Part shown: positions 26,805-36,917 of the stretch, piece by piece
Layout: the number at the start of each line of letters is the position of its first letter
Numbering within the stretch: the first letter of the stretch is position 1
Assembly: GCA_049513715.1 (NCBI GenBank)
Contig: JBEKVV010000001.1
Location: 608,001-672,000, forward strand
Length of the DNA stretch: 64,000 nt
Direction: 5' to 3'
DNA from: Candidatus Bathyarchaeia archaeon
GTDB lineage: Archaea; Thermoproteota; Bathyarchaeia; 40CM-2-53-6
Notes under the pieces: model-generated
Told to the model about the DNA's origin: nothing
Seen by the model: only the letters and a program-made list of their open reading frames with translations
Databases searched by the model: none
Program-made: the position numbers and the translations under genes

Positions 26805-29093
26805 TTGTCGAGTATGTTGCGCCTTGGGATGGCTGCGCTGCGCAAAGCGCTGAACCTATGGGCATACGACGACTACGTACAATTCTACGTTGATAACGAT
26901 TTTTGCATAATACCGATTATCCCCGAAACCAAGAAGCCGAACCTGAACGAATGGAAAGAGTTCCAGCAACGAAAGCCGAGTCCCGACGAAATTCAAGAAT
27001 GGTTCGGTGCGAAAGAGAGCCAACGCCGACCGAGCATTGCCGTAATTGCAGGTCGCATTTCAGATAACTTAGTGATAATTGACTTCGACGAACTGGAATG
27101 GTATTCAAAATTCTTTGCAGCGCCGTTCTTGACCACCGCTGAGATCGAAAGCACCACGTTAGTCGACAAGACAAGCCGTGGCGTGCACGTTTTCCTTCGC
27201 TCATACGTGCCAATGAAAAGCTACAACATTCCAGAACTGCACGTGAATGTGCAAAGCGAAGGCCGTTATGCGCTCGTGCCGCCAAGCATTCACCCGTCCG
27301 GTGCGCAGTACACATTTCTGACAGAACCAAGAGCACCCCGCCTAATCGAAAACCTGCCAGACGTTTTGAAGAACCGCATAGAAGGCATGAATTTCCAAGT
27401 GCCAGCGGTCTTAGACCCTATTGCTGAAGGCAACGTTCAGGTTCACGTTCGCCCTTGGCGACGTTTCCCGCCGCAAGTACAAGCGTACTTCGTTGACACG
27501 GAGATTGGAGATCGCCACCATAGGGCGGTCGGCATTGCTTCCACAATGCTGAACGAATGGAAATTCCCGCTAGAAATGGCAAGACAATGGTTGTATGAAT
27601 GGAACGACCTTGTGTTGAAGCGACCAATTCCCGTCGCCGATATTGACCACGCATTACACGAAGCACAAGCGAAAGGCTACGTGTACGGCAAACAAACCAT
27701 TCAACCGGCAGCACTGACCGACGACGAACAAAAGGCCAGCGAAGCCCTAGCGAAAGACCCAGCACTGTTATTCAAAGTGAAAACTGCACTTGGCGGCCTA
27801 GTGGGCGAAGACAACAACCGCTTGCTGCTATTCGTACTGAACCTTGCCAAGCAAAGCGTCGAAATTTCGGGGCAAAGCGCAGGCGGCAAAAGAACATTGG
27901 TCGACGAAGTGCTGCGGGGCTTCCCTGACGACTCATATCAGAAAGTAACGGGCGTCACTGACAAGGCGCTGCGCTATCTTGCTGAAAGCATTCGCACGCT
28001 TTACATTGCTGAACGTGGTGCGCTCGAATCACACGGCGAAGAAACAACTGCGGCGTTCGACGCCAAGATGGTCATTTCAGAAGGCAAACTAAGCATTCTC
28101 GTGCCAGAGAAAGACGAAGAAACAGGCAAAATAAAGTCGACCACGATTGAGACCAAGATCGAGAACATTATTTCCACTAGCACGCAACTGTCGCTGCCTG
28201 AAGAACTAGAAAATCGACTGTGGCGCACGAGCATTGACGACAGCGAAGGCCAGAACGCTAAGGTTCGTGATTACCTACTTGATTCGGCGGCGCAGGCCAA
28301 CGACGACAAGCCTGATTTTGCCCCGCAGAAACAGCAAGTACAAAGTCTCGTCAAACTGATTGAGGTTGAAGCACCGAAGGCCGTTATTGTTCCTTTCGCA
28401 CCGGCTCTGAAGTCGCTGTTACCGAGCGACAAAACACGGGTACGACGAGACACTACGAAGTTGCTTGCCCTGGTGCGATACATTGCTATTCTTCACTACA
28501 AGCAACGCCCAAGTTTCACAGGCAAGAAAGGCATTGTGCATGTCGTTGCCCTTCCCGCCGACCTTTACGCTGCGCTAAGAATTGGTTATGCGGCGTTCGT
28601 TGAAACTCGAACCGGTTTCAATGCCTCAATTCGTCGTGGTTACGAGATAGCAAAGACGCTTTCAGAAATTACCACGGAAGCCGTTCAAAATGCTGGGGGC
28701 GTTAGCGACCGCACTGCCATACGGTACGTCAAGGCACTCAGGAAGCAAGGCATTCTTATTGAATCTGAGAAACGGGGACGAATCCCAATTTATACATTGG
28801 CGCCAAATGCGGCGAAACTTGTCGTCGTCGAAAAGGCGGACGTTCTGGGCCGTTTTGATTGGAAGGAGCTTGAATTAGCCTGCGAAATGGTCGCCGCCAC
28901 GGGGTCCGTAAAATCGCCGGTCATCGACCCGTTGACTGGCGACCTCGTGGACCTGATTGGCGGCGATCATAATTCCAAGGCTGAAACGGCGGACAATCAA
29001 GAAACAACCCAAGAAATGCACTCAGAAATGGCCGCCAAGCCACTTGACGACTTTTCGGCGTTGGCGGCGACGAACACGAGCATTGGGAAGTAG
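26805..29093 (+). CDS. bifunctional primase-polymerase fused to AAA+ helicase-like domain and wHTH (start uncertain; ORF open from 26745)
   Basis: IIPI..TKKP..WKEFQ, IIDFD, TSRGVHVF, ALVPPSIHPSG; GQSAGGK, LYIAE, ELENR, RVRRD. Confidence 0.88.
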   Translation: MSSMLRLGMAALRKALNLWAYDDYVQFYVDNDFCIIPIIPETKKPNLNEWKEFQQRKPSPDEIQEWFGAKESQRRPSIAVIAGRISDNLVIIDFDELEWYSKFFAAPFLTTAEIESTTLVDKTSRGVHVFLRSYVPMKSYNIPELHVNVQSEGRYALVPPSIHPSGAQYTFLTEPRAPRLIENLPDVLKNRIEGMNFQVPAVLDPIAEGNVQVHVRPWRRFPPQVQAYFVDTEIGDRHHRAVGIASTMLNEWKFPLEMARQWLYEWNDLVLKRPIPVADIDHALHEAQAKGYVYGKQTIQPAALTDDEQKASEALAKDPALLFKVKTALGGLVGEDNNRLLLFVLNLAKQSVEISGQSAGGKRTLVDEVLRGFPDDSYQKVTGVTDKALRYLAESIRTLYIAERGALESHGEETTAAFDAKMVISEGKLSILVPEKDEETGKIKSTTIETKIENIISTSTQLSLPEELENRLWRTSIDDSEGQNAKVRDYLLDSAAQANDDKPDFAPQKQQVQSLVKLIEVEAPKAVIVPFAPALKSLLPSDKTRVRRDTTKLLALVRYIAILHYKQRPSFTGKKGIVHVVALPADLYAALRIGYAAFVETRTGFNASIRRGYEIAKTLSEITTEAVQNAGGVSDRTAIRYVKALRKQGILIESEKRGRIPIYTLAPNAAKLVVVEKADVLGRFDWKELELACEMVAATGSVKSPVIDPLTGDLVDLIGGDHNSKAETADNQETTQEMHSEMAAKPLDDFSALAATNTSIGK

Positions 29094-29179
29094 AAAAAAA
29101 TTTTTGGCGTTCACGTGCACACCCATGCAGCCAGAAGCGGGTTTTCACCGCTCTTATTCTACGCTCGTTCCTTGGGTGC

Positions 29180-29338
29180 TTAGACCTTGATTTTTCTAAC
29201 TCGTATTTCACTGTCAGTCAAGCTAAGCCCTAAGGTGTCGCCTTCCTTCAGACCGAGCGCTTCGGCGATCTCCTTCGGAACTGTGACTCTGAGGCTGTGA
29301 CCTATCATAACCAGTTTCATTTTGAATTCAATGGGCAT
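29180..29338 (-). CDS. AbrB/MazE/SpoVT family DNA-binding protein (52 aa, not in ORF track)
   Basis: MPIEFKMKLVMIGHSLRVTVPKEIAEALGLKEGDTL... Confidence 0.85.
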   Translation of the reverse strand: MPIEFKMKLVMIGHSLRVTVPKEIAEALGLKEGDTLGLSLTDSEIRVRKIKV

Positions 29339-29358
29339 GTGCCTTCAACCAAGCATAG

Positions 29359-29418
29359 AGTATAATCAAAAGCTATACTTAAGTATGTGTATAGTGCTAG
29401 ACTATACGTGGTATAGTC
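29359..29418. promoter_or_regulatory. divergent promoter region with palindromes
   Basis: ATACTTAAGTAT (29375-29386); GACTATAC-gtg-GTATAGTC (29400-29418); repeated CTATAC/GTATAG. Confidence 0.6.
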
Positions 29419-29420
29419 CT

Positions 29421-29795
29421 ATGCAAACACAACGCCCATTCGAAACCGAAGGGCAATATTCCGAGAGATTCCAACGAGAGAATCAAGTTCTCGGCGAATG
29501 GTTAAGCAGCATTCCACCTGAGTTCAAGAAAGAACCCGTTCGAACCTTAGACATAGATTCTCTGAAGGGGCGGGTCTCATATTTCGCTTGGTTTGCAGAA
29601 CACGGCTATACGCTCAAAATGCGGAGCGCATACAAACGGAAACTGGACGAAGCTCAGGAAGCTTTGCGATTGGTCCATGAATGCGCTTGCTGCGGAATTC
29701 TCCTAACTGAGACTCAGGATTCAGTTGGCCCTGAATGCGCCAAGCACCCTGCCAGGTTCCCTTGTAACGCACACAGGGGAATGGGCGTGAATTGA
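29421..29795 (+). CDS. DUF6011-like Zn-finger protein
   Basis: CACCGILLT...SVGPECA; ATG directly after the palindromic promoter. Confidence 0.65.
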   Translation: MQTQRPFETEGQYSERFQRENQVLGEWLSSIPPEFKKEPVRTLDIDSLKGRVSYFAWFAEHGYTLKMRSAYKRKLDEAQEALRLVHECACCGILLTETQDSVGPECAKHPARFPCNAHRGMGVN

Positions 29796-31196
29796 ATGCC
29801 TCAAGGCACCGGAATTCTTTGTGGCGATCTGAAAATGTCGCCTCCCTGGGCGCAGTGGGAAAAAGAGGACGACGATTTTCACCGGTGGTTTGCCGCACTC
29901 AAAAGCGACACGACTCGAAAGGTGTACTGGTACGCCATAAGCAACGTGCACCGTGCCTTGAACCTGCGACCAAAACAGATCGTGGCCGCCTACAAGGCCG
30001 GTGGGCAAACCAAGCAAGACTTTGTCGACCGCCTTGACGAACACATTCAGGAATTGAAAGCAGCCGACAAAGTGCCCACTGCGAAAGGCCAATGGATTGC
30101 CGTCGTTAGCCTCTTAGATTATCGGGGCGCAATCAAAAGCGCCAAGGAATTCGAAATAAAACAGCCCGAAGACGAAACCATAGCGCCACAGCACATTCCA
30201 ACCCAAGAAGAATACGAAGCCATGCTGCGCCACGGCGCAAGCGCACGAGACCGTTTTCTCATGAGTTTCCTACGTTGGGCAGGCGGCCGCAGAGGCGTAG
30301 CTAACGACCCTGAACCAATGCGCCTGCGCCACTTGGTTGACCTAGACATTTCAGCGCTCAAGCAGGGCACCGTTACGTTCACACACAAAACGACCTGCGC
30401 GGTGCTCATGTATGCTGGCCTAAAAGACGGCGAGATTGTACGTTACAAGGAAACCTACGTTTCGTTCTTCCCACAGGAAACCATGCAACTACTCAGCGAA
30501 TACCTGCAGGCTAGAATGCGAGAAGGCGAGCAAATCACCGCTGACAGCTACTTGTTCACCTACGACCGCAACAGCGTGGTCAAGAAACCGTTCGCCCCAA
30601 TCACCAACCAAACGGTCAGCCGCATAGTCAGCGACGCTTCAATGACTGCAGGCTACATCATTCAATCAAAGCACCGCAAGAAACCCAAGGCCAAGTTCAC
30701 CGCCCATTCACTACGCCGCCTAATGTACAATTCACTCGCAGGCATTGACGACGTCGACAAAGAAGCCTTAGACGGCCACGTAAAAGGCGTTAAGGCCCGC
30801 TACCACGGCAGCGTCGACGATCTCGTGAAAGTAATAGAATTCATGCGGGGCAAATACGAATTCGGCATGCGCCACCACTTAGGCACCGAAGGCGCTGATT
30901 TACGCAAGCAAATGATTCTTGACTTCGCCAGAACACAGGGTCTGAAAGACGACGAAATAGCGACTATTCAGAAAGGGCTTGGTATGGCAGCAGACGTAGA
31001 AGCTCTACGTGAAGCAATCGTCGCCGCAGTGAAAGCCAAGCAACCAATAACCATACGCACAGCACAGGACGGCGGCACCCGCCCGCTCGACGCCCTACTA
31101 ATCAACGAAACCGACCTATGCGAGCACTTGGCGCTTGGCTGGGAAGTAGTACGGGAATTGAGCGACGGGAAGATTGCGATAAGGAGAAACCATTAG
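29796..31196 (+). CDS. tyrosine recombinase/integrase
   Basis: RDRF...AGGR, FTAHSLRR, LDGH.....RY catalytic pattern. Confidence 0.88.
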   Translation: MPQGTGILCGDLKMSPPWAQWEKEDDDFHRWFAALKSDTTRKVYWYAISNVHRALNLRPKQIVAAYKAGGQTKQDFVDRLDEHIQELKAADKVPTAKGQWIAVVSLLDYRGAIKSAKEFEIKQPEDETIAPQHIPTQEEYEAMLRHGASARDRFLMSFLRWAGGRRGVANDPEPMRLRHLVDLDISALKQGTVTFTHKTTCAVLMYAGLKDGEIVRYKETYVSFFPQETMQLLSEYLQARMREGEQITADSYLFTYDRNSVVKKPFAPITNQTVSRIVSDASMTAGYIIQSKHRKKPKAKFTAHSLRRLMYNSLAGIDDVDKEALDGHVKGVKARYHGSVDDLVKVIEFMRGKYEFGMRHHLGTEGADLRKQMILDFARTQGLKDDEIATIQKGLGMAADVEALREAIVAAVKAKQPITIRTAQDGGTRPLDALLINETDLCEHLALGWEVVRELSDGKIAIRRNH

Positions 31197-31380
31197 CTGA
31201 AAAAGCGCGCGCTTTCGGGTTCTGTTAAGACTTCGGGTGATGTTTTTTCTGTTAAGCATCGGGTCTTGTGCCTATTGAGTGCATTCTGTATCGTGGATAT
31301 CGTGGACGCCATAATCCTAACCTCACGCTAACTCGTATCTCCATAGACCCAACCAAATAAGTCAGAACGCAAAAAGTAGT

Positions 31381-31674
31381 TCAGTCTAGTTCGGGGTCTC
31401 TGTTTTCCGAGAAATCTTTCAAAATCGTTGAGAAATCCCAAACCCAAAATCGCTGATTATCCGCTCTCCGCAGGTATCTCCACCAGAACCACAAATTCAC
31501 TGAGAGAACGAACAGAGTAAGGGCTGTCAGCAAAACTGCGAATCTCGCGAACTCCCACGGTGAACTCAAATATTCTGGGTGCAGCGATAGAACAAAGAAA
31601 CCGACCCCGTCAATGAGAGCCACAACTGAAAGCACACGCAGGAAGAGGTGTTCTTTGCTCGTTAATCCTTTCAA
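31381..31674 (-). CDS. small 2-TM membrane protein
   Basis: Two hydrophobic helices; GGAGG upstream. Confidence 0.55.
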   Translation of the reverse strand: MKGLTSKEHLFLRVLSVVALIDGVGFFVLSLHPEYLSSPWEFARFAVLLTALTLFVLSVNLWFWWRYLRRADNQRFWVWDFSTILKDFSENRDPELD

Positions 31675-31695
31675 CTTTCTTCCCTCCTAACGCAC

Positions 31696-31902
31696 TTAGA
31701 GTACGCCGTATCTCCAGAGGACGAACCAAATGTTAATGAGGAGCGGTACCAGCGTAACAACAATGACTAAGAACGCCAGTACACCATAGCCGAATCTCAT
31801 TACCTTCTGGCTCTTTATGGATATCAAGTAAAATATGATTGCGTCGGTAAGAGCAACAATGATGATTACACGAAGAGTCAAATCATAAAGTAACGAAAAC
31901 AT
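31696..31902 (-). CDS. small 2-TM membrane protein
   Basis: Two hydrophobic helices; abuts the upstream gene. Confidence 0.55.
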   Translation of the reverse strand: MFSLLYDLTLRVIIIVALTDAIIFYLISIKSQKVMRFGYGVLAFLVIVVTLVPLLINIWFVLWRYGVL

Positions 31903-32094
31903 TCAACTCATCTCCTCTCGTTTCGGCTTTGATGGATTCGATTGACGAGGCTTGACAAGGATAACTATTTCCCCACCTTGAGCCCGCATCTTCCATTCCA
32001 GTCGGTCGCCTTCACTTAGTCCGAATTGTCGAACGATTCCTATTGGAAGCGTTGACCGTAGGGACTTGCTCTTAGAGGTAGCCATCGTGAGCAC
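31903..32094 (-). CDS. AbrB-like DNA-binding protein (5' end at the TIR)
   Basis: SKSLRSTLPIGIVRQFGLSEGDRLEW. Confidence 0.75.
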   Translation of the reverse strand: MLTMATSKSKSLRSTLPIGIVRQFGLSEGDRLEWKMRAQGGEIVILVKPRQSNPSKPKREEMS

Positions 32095-32233
32095 CGTGAC
32101 TTAACAGAACCCGCTTTCGACAACAAACTACCTCGCCCGTCGATATACAGCCACTACCTACACGACGTATGCTAATTTAAAGCGCTAAGGGGTGCATAGG
32201 TCATAATAGAATCTAAACCCAAGGTGGCGTTGG

Positions 32234-33508
32234 ATGCGGGGGGCAATTCTTGCAGCTGGTGAGGGCTCCCGAATGTGGCCCTTGGCTGAAAGCAAACCGA
32301 AGCACTTACTGCCCGTGGGCGGAAGGCCAATTCTTTCGCACATTCTTGAAGCGCTCAAGCAGAATTCAATCCGCGAAGTCTACATGGTCGTTGGATACCG
32401 AGCTGAAGACATTCGAACCGCATTTGGCGACGGAGCCAAACACGGCCTGCATATCGAATATTTGGACCAACCAAAATGGACTGGAACCGCCTCTGCCATG
32501 AAGGTTGCGTACAACGCCGTTGGACGGGAACCCTTTCTGGCTATCTATGGCGATTTGTGGGTTAACTCTTCAGCTGTGCAAGCGGTTATTGAAGAAGCTG
32601 ACAACTGCCCGAGAGTCATGGGTGTTGCCCAAGTTTCGAACCCAACAGAATTTGGCGTCGTTGAGCTCGCTGGAGACAGGCTGGCAAGAATCAATGAGAA
32701 ACCTACAGGAAAAATGCTAACGGAAGGTTGGGTCAATACCGGCATCTACGTTTTGGACGGAGAAGTCTTCAACGCGATCGACAAGACCGCGGCCTCGAAA
32801 AGGGCAGAGTATGAACTTACTACGTCCCTCCAACACCTGCTTGACGAAGGCAAGGAAATCCGAAGCGCCATTGTTGACCGCGAGGATTGGATGGATGTTG
32901 GACGACCTTGGGATTTGCTGGAAGCGAATGAGCGCTCTCTCGAAAACCTCTCACACCGAGTGAAGGGCGCGGTTGAGCAGGGCGCAGTCTTGAAAGGCCC
33001 AGTGTGGCTTGAAGAAGACTCTGTCGTGAAATCAGGCTCGTACCTAGAGGGGCCTGTCTACGTTGGTAGAGGTAGTAGAATTGGGCCCAACGCCAGAATT
33101 CGTCCTTCGACAGCAATTGGGGACGGAGTCACTATCGGAACTTCATGCGAGATCAAGAACTCGGTTGTGATGAACGGAACTAGGATTCCACACCTTTCCT
33201 ACGTTGGTGACAGCGTCATTGGGGAAGACTGCAACCTGGGCGCGGGAACGATAACTGCAAACATTCGTTTCGACGAAAGACCACTGAGGATGAAGGTCAA
33301 AGGTCGCATGCAGGAGACAGGAAGGCGAAAGATAGGAACCATTATGGGTGATAGGGTTCAGACGGGCATCAACACGAGCATACTGCCCGGCGTGCGAATA
33401 GGGTCCGATTCTTGGATTGGCCCCGGCCTCGTATTAACCAAGGATGTTCCATCAAAGCGAACGGTCTTAACAAAACAGGTAACGACGATTAGGCCACGCA
33501 GGCACTGA
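32234..33508 (+). CDS. glmU: bifunctional sugar-1-phosphate nucleotidylyltransferase/acetyltransferase
   Basis: ILAAGEGSRM..KPK, PHLSYVGDS, hexapeptide repeats. Confidence 0.92.
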   Translation: MRGAILAAGEGSRMWPLAESKPKHLLPVGGRPILSHILEALKQNSIREVYMVVGYRAEDIRTAFGDGAKHGLHIEYLDQPKWTGTASAMKVAYNAVGREPFLAIYGDLWVNSSAVQAVIEEADNCPRVMGVAQVSNPTEFGVVELAGDRLARINEKPTGKMLTEGWVNTGIYVLDGEVFNAIDKTAASKRAEYELTTSLQHLLDEGKEIRSAIVDREDWMDVGRPWDLLEANERSLENLSHRVKGAVEQGAVLKGPVWLEEDSVVKSGSYLEGPVYVGRGSRIGPNARIRPSTAIGDGVTIGTSCEIKNSVVMNGTRIPHLSYVGDSVIGEDCNLGAGTITANIRFDERPLRMKVKGRMQETGRRKIGTIMGDRVQTGINTSILPGVRIGSDSWIGPGLVLTKDVPSKRTVLTKQVTTIRPRRH

Positions 33509-33516
33509 ACTTGCTG

Positions 33517-34728
33517 CTACGCGTGTCTCTTAGTGCTCGTTATTGAGACTACGTCATTGTCTTTCAGCACGTATTCGTCAGACATCCGCATTTTCGACCT
33601 GGCCTCTGTTGCGTAGAGGAAGCCTTCGGCAAGGTCTGAATGAATCATGCCCGCAAAAGTCTTAGCAGTGGTTCCGAAGGGTACAAGGTATGCGTCGGGT
33701 AGAACTCTGCCTTTGTGGTCTGTGAGCTTCTCAGCGTCCTCCACTGGGTACACAGTAATCATTTGAAGTAACTCGAAGAAGGCGAGGTTGAGTGCATCTT
33801 GGACGCCTGTGGACCCAAAGGGTAGAAGCACTTTTTCCTTTATTCTTGTCAGGGCGTTTGTCTGCTCAGGTGTTGAAGGGCGCGCTTCGTTCATTTTGAA
33901 ATTGCCGTCGCCTGGCACGTAGGAAATCATTTGCTTCTCGCCAGCCCGCCTAAGGGCGAGCTCGGCTTCTGCACAGCAGGGCACCACCATGTAGCCCATG
34001 GCTTGAAGCGTTTCCAGATTCTTCTCAGCCGGGGGGACATCCATCTTGTTGGCGGCGATCAAGAGCGGTTTCGAATATTTGCGTAATTCGGAGACAAACT
34101 TCAGTAATTCGTCGTCTGACCATGCGCTGGGCCTCTCGAAGTTTAGGCTCGTTTTGGCTTTTGCTTTGACGAGATGGTCCCTTCTTATCCCAAGACCACT
34201 CACTTTCTCCTCTATGATTGGAAGCAGTTCTTCCTTGGCGCCCTCGACCAGTCTTACCGCCTTGTCCCATTCTTTCTTGACGATCTGAAGAAGCCACATG
34301 TCCAGTTCGTGTTCTAGGAATCGGACGTCCTCGCGCGGGTCATGCGTGCCGGGGTCACACGGTTTACCTTCCGAGTCGGTGGAGCCAGAAGCGTCCACGA
34401 CGTGAATTAGGGCATCTGCCTGCCTAATCTCATCGAGGAACTGGTTACCCAGCCCGCGTCCCTGCCACGCGCCCGGGACCAGACCTGCACAGTCAACCAG
34501 TTCAACTGGAACAAGTCGGGTTCCGTCTATGCATGTTGAATTTCCAGGTGTATCTGTTACGTTGAATTCGCGGCAAACGCAGTGTGCGCGGACGTACCCC
34601 ATGCCAACGTTGGGTTTGATTGTTGTGAAGGGGTAGTTGGCGATGGCGACGTGCGCTAGGGTTGCTGCGCTGAAGAAGGTGCTCTTTCCAACGTTCGGTT
34701 TGCCGACAACGCCTACTATGCGTGGCAA
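33517..34728 (-). CDS. ychF: OBG-family ATPase YchF
   Basis: [23 protein letters not shown] domain. Confidence 0.95.
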   Translation of the reverse strand: MPRIVGVVGKPNVGKSTFFSAATLAHVAIANYPFTTIKPNVGMGYVRAHCVCREFNVTDTPGNSTCIDGTRLVPVELVDCAGLVPGAWQGRGLGNQFLDEIRQADALIHVVDASGSTDSEGKPCDPGTHDPREDVRFLEHELDMWLLQIVKKEWDKAVRLVEGAKEELLPIIEEKVSGLGIRRDHLVKAKAKTSLNFERPSAWSDDELLKFVSELRKYSKPLLIAANKMDVPPAEKNLETLQAMGYMVVPCCAEAELALRRAGEKQMISYVPGDGNFKMNEARPSTPEQTNALTRIKEKVLLPFGSTGVQDALNLAFFELLQMITVYPVEDAEKLTDHKGRVLPDAYLVPFGTTAKTFAGMIHSDLAEGFLYATEARSKMRMSDEYVLKDNDVVSITSTKRHA

Positions 34729-34748
34729 GTTTCCTGTTCCGGAGGTGG

Positions 34749-35438
34749 CTACTTATGGGCTATTGGGAGTCCTGTGATTCTGATGCCTGCACCAGTCACT
34801 TTGTACCTGATATTGATTCCAATGAGTAGGGCAGTGATCTGCTCAACGATGCGTGAGTTCTCCAACCGTCCGCCGTCAATGGCTCTGACGCCGGGTATTT
34901 CTTCGGCCAGCTGCATCACGGTCTGTTTGCTTTCTTTGGAATCGCCACAGACGAAGATATCGCAATCAATCTCCTTCGACAAGTCTTGAAGAGAATCCGC
35001 GACGACGTTGTGGAACGCTGAGGCGATTTGGGTCTTGGGTGGTAGCAGCTTGCGTGCTTGTTGGGCTGTTGAGCCTTCCCAAACACCAAGGGCGGTTGTT
35101 GCGCCTCCACCCACAGCGGTTGAAAGGGGAACGACAACATCAACGAATATGTCGTCTGGTTTGACATTGTCCGCGACGGACTTGATCATATCCACATGAG
35201 CGGCGAACGGGACGGACATCACAATGATGTCTGCAGCCGCTGCAGCCTTCGGGTTCTCCATTCCGGAGACTGCCCCTTTGCCGCCTAGAATTCCAAGTGC
35301 TTTCTTTGCAGCGTCCTCGGCTTTCTGCTGCACGCGAGATCCGATTATGACGTTCTCCCCTGCCTTAGCCCAACGCAGGACTAAACCGAAGCCTTGGTCG
35401 CCAGTGCCACCTATTACAGCAATTGTGGGTTTCGGCAT
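34749..35438 (-). CDS. npdG: NADPH-dependent F420 reductase
   Basis: IGGTGDQGFGL..RWA, GSR, SAFHNV. Confidence 0.9.
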   Translation of the reverse strand: MPKPTIAVIGGTGDQGFGLVLRWAKAGENVIIGSRVQQKAEDAAKKALGILGGKGAVSGMENPKAAAAADIIVMSVPFAAHVDMIKSVADNVKPDDIFVDVVVPLSTAVGGGATTALGVWEGSTAQQARKLLPPKTQIASAFHNVVADSLQDLSKEIDCDIFVCGDSKESKQTVMQLAEEIPGVRAIDGGRLENSRIVEQITALLIGINIRYKVTGAGIRITGLPIAHK

Positions 35439-35453
35439 AAGTCATCACATATT

Positions 35454-36788
35454 TCAGGTTGGAAAATCCTGAATGAATCCGCTTCTCATTAAGTATCTGG
35501 CCTGGTCCCGCGATCGTTTAATGATGGAACGGGCAGATTCATACAATTCCTCCCGGGGTCGTTTGATTCTTGCAACACCCTGCTCGATCGCCTTCTCCGC
35601 AACAGCTGTGGCTTCGCGCGGGAATACCTCCCAATCATCCATCGTGGGAATGATGTTTTTCGGTGAAAGACCTCGTTCCTCGGCGAGTTTGGCAAGCTCG
35701 GAAGCTGCAGCCAGACACATTTCGTCCGTAATGGTTCGAGCCCTAACGTCGATGGTGCCCCTGAATATTCCTGGAAACCCGAGGGAATTGTTGAGCTGGT
35801 TGGGAAAATCAGACCTGCCTGTTGCGATCACCTTTGCTCCAGCTTCCTCAGCCTCCCATGGCCAAATCTCCGGGATAGGGTTTGCACAAGCGAAAACTAT
35901 GGCATCATCGCTCATGATTTCGACCTGCTCCTTCTTTATTACTCCTGGACCTGGGGTTGACAAAGCAACGCAAACGTCAGTTCCCTCTATCGCTGAATTC
36001 ATACCGCCAACTTTTCCATCCAAATTTGTTGTCTGGCACAGCTTCCATTTCTTGGGGGAAGTGTGTTCCAAGTCCTTTCGATCGCGGTGAAGTATGCCTT
36101 TGCTGTCCACCAGAATCAGGTTTCCCGGCTTGGCCCCGGCGAGGGTCAGCAAGCGGGCCAAGGTAACGTTTGCAGCTCCCGCTCCGATCATAGATACTTT
36201 CACGTTAGAAATCTTCTTCTCAACGACTTTCAAAGCGTTAAGGAATCCTGCGAGAACAACGGTGGCCGTTCCCTGCTGGTCATCATGCCAAACCGGAATG
36301 TCAAGTTGGCTTTGCAAGGTGTCGAGTATCTGAAAGCATTTCGGCTGAGCGATATCTTCGAGGTTGATGCCGGCGAAAGAAGGCTGAATCCATTTCACGG
36401 CGGAGACAATTTCGTCTGGGTTCTTTGTTCCAAGGCAAATCGGGAATGCATCAACTCCTCCAAGATACTTATACAACAGGGCCTTTCCTTCCATTACTGG
36501 TAGGCCGGCTTCTGGGCCAATATCGCCCAACCCTAGGACACGCGAACCGTCAGTTACGATTGCAACTGTATTCCATTTGTTTGTGTTCTCGTAAACTGCT
36601 TCTGGCCGCGCTTTAATCGCGTTGCAGGCTTCCGCAACGCCCGGCGTATACCAGATCGCAAAGTCGTCGAAGGAGTGGATGGGGCATTTGGGAACAATCT
36701 CGATCTTGCCCCTGTAGAACGGGTGATATTTCATTGCTAACTGCGCGGGAAGGAACGCCTTTCTCAGAGCGTCGTCGGTTGATTTCAT
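35454..36788 (-). CDS. NAD(P)-dependent malic enzyme
   Basis: YTPGVA, VMEGKA, HDDQQGT, ATGRSDFPNQ. Confidence 0.95.
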   Translation of the reverse strand: MKSTDDALRKAFLPAQLAMKYHPFYRGKIEIVPKCPIHSFDDFAIWYTPGVAEACNAIKARPEAVYENTNKWNTVAIVTDGSRVLGLGDIGPEAGLPVMEGKALLYKYLGGVDAFPICLGTKNPDEIVSAVKWIQPSFAGINLEDIAQPKCFQILDTLQSQLDIPVWHDDQQGTATVVLAGFLNALKVVEKKISNVKVSMIGAGAANVTLARLLTLAGAKPGNLILVDSKGILHRDRKDLEHTSPKKWKLCQTTNLDGKVGGMNSAIEGTDVCVALSTPGPGVIKKEQVEIMSDDAIVFACANPIPEIWPWEAEEAGAKVIATGRSDFPNQLNNSLGFPGIFRGTIDVRARTITDEMCLAAASELAKLAEERGLSPKNIIPTMDDWEVFPREATAVAEKAIEQGVARIKRPREELYESARSIIKRSRDQARYLMRSGFIQDFPT

Positions 36789-36917
36789 GATTCAACTTCC
36801 TATCTTATTTTGCAAGCCACTTAAATAGCAGCGGTGCTTTTTCACTGCGCAACCTCAAAGACTGTCATCGTCTTAAGGTTAAGCTTCAACACGAAATTGG
36901 TTGCGGTCGGAATAACA

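Larger units (their letters stand above)
25702..31209. mobile_element. integrative plasmid-like element (regulator, prim-pol/helicase, AbrB, DUF6011, tyrosine recombinase); left end unknown
   Basis: Replication plus integration module; no virion or conjugation genes recognised. Confidence 0.7.
31218..32111. mobile_element. 894-bp transposase-less element with IS6-like TIRs and 8-bp TSD
   Basis: GGTTCTGTTAAG (31218-31229) and CTTAACAGAACC (32100-32111), flanked by CGCTTTCG at 31210-31217 and 32112-32119. Confidence 0.75.
2667..32119. mobile_element. mosaic accessory/defence-like genomic island (boundaries approximate)
   Basis: Non-core genes, pseudogenes, an integrase, prim-pol and TIR/TSD elements lie between core genes rps3ae and glmU. 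Confidence 0.75.

Noticed and set aside
31216..32113. Phase-variable invertible segment
   Set aside because: Inversion creates no sensible ORF, and the flanking 8-mers are in direct orientation.
2667..32119. Complete autonomous casposon or provirus
   Set aside because: No full cas1, family B polymerase, capsid or terminase is recognisable.
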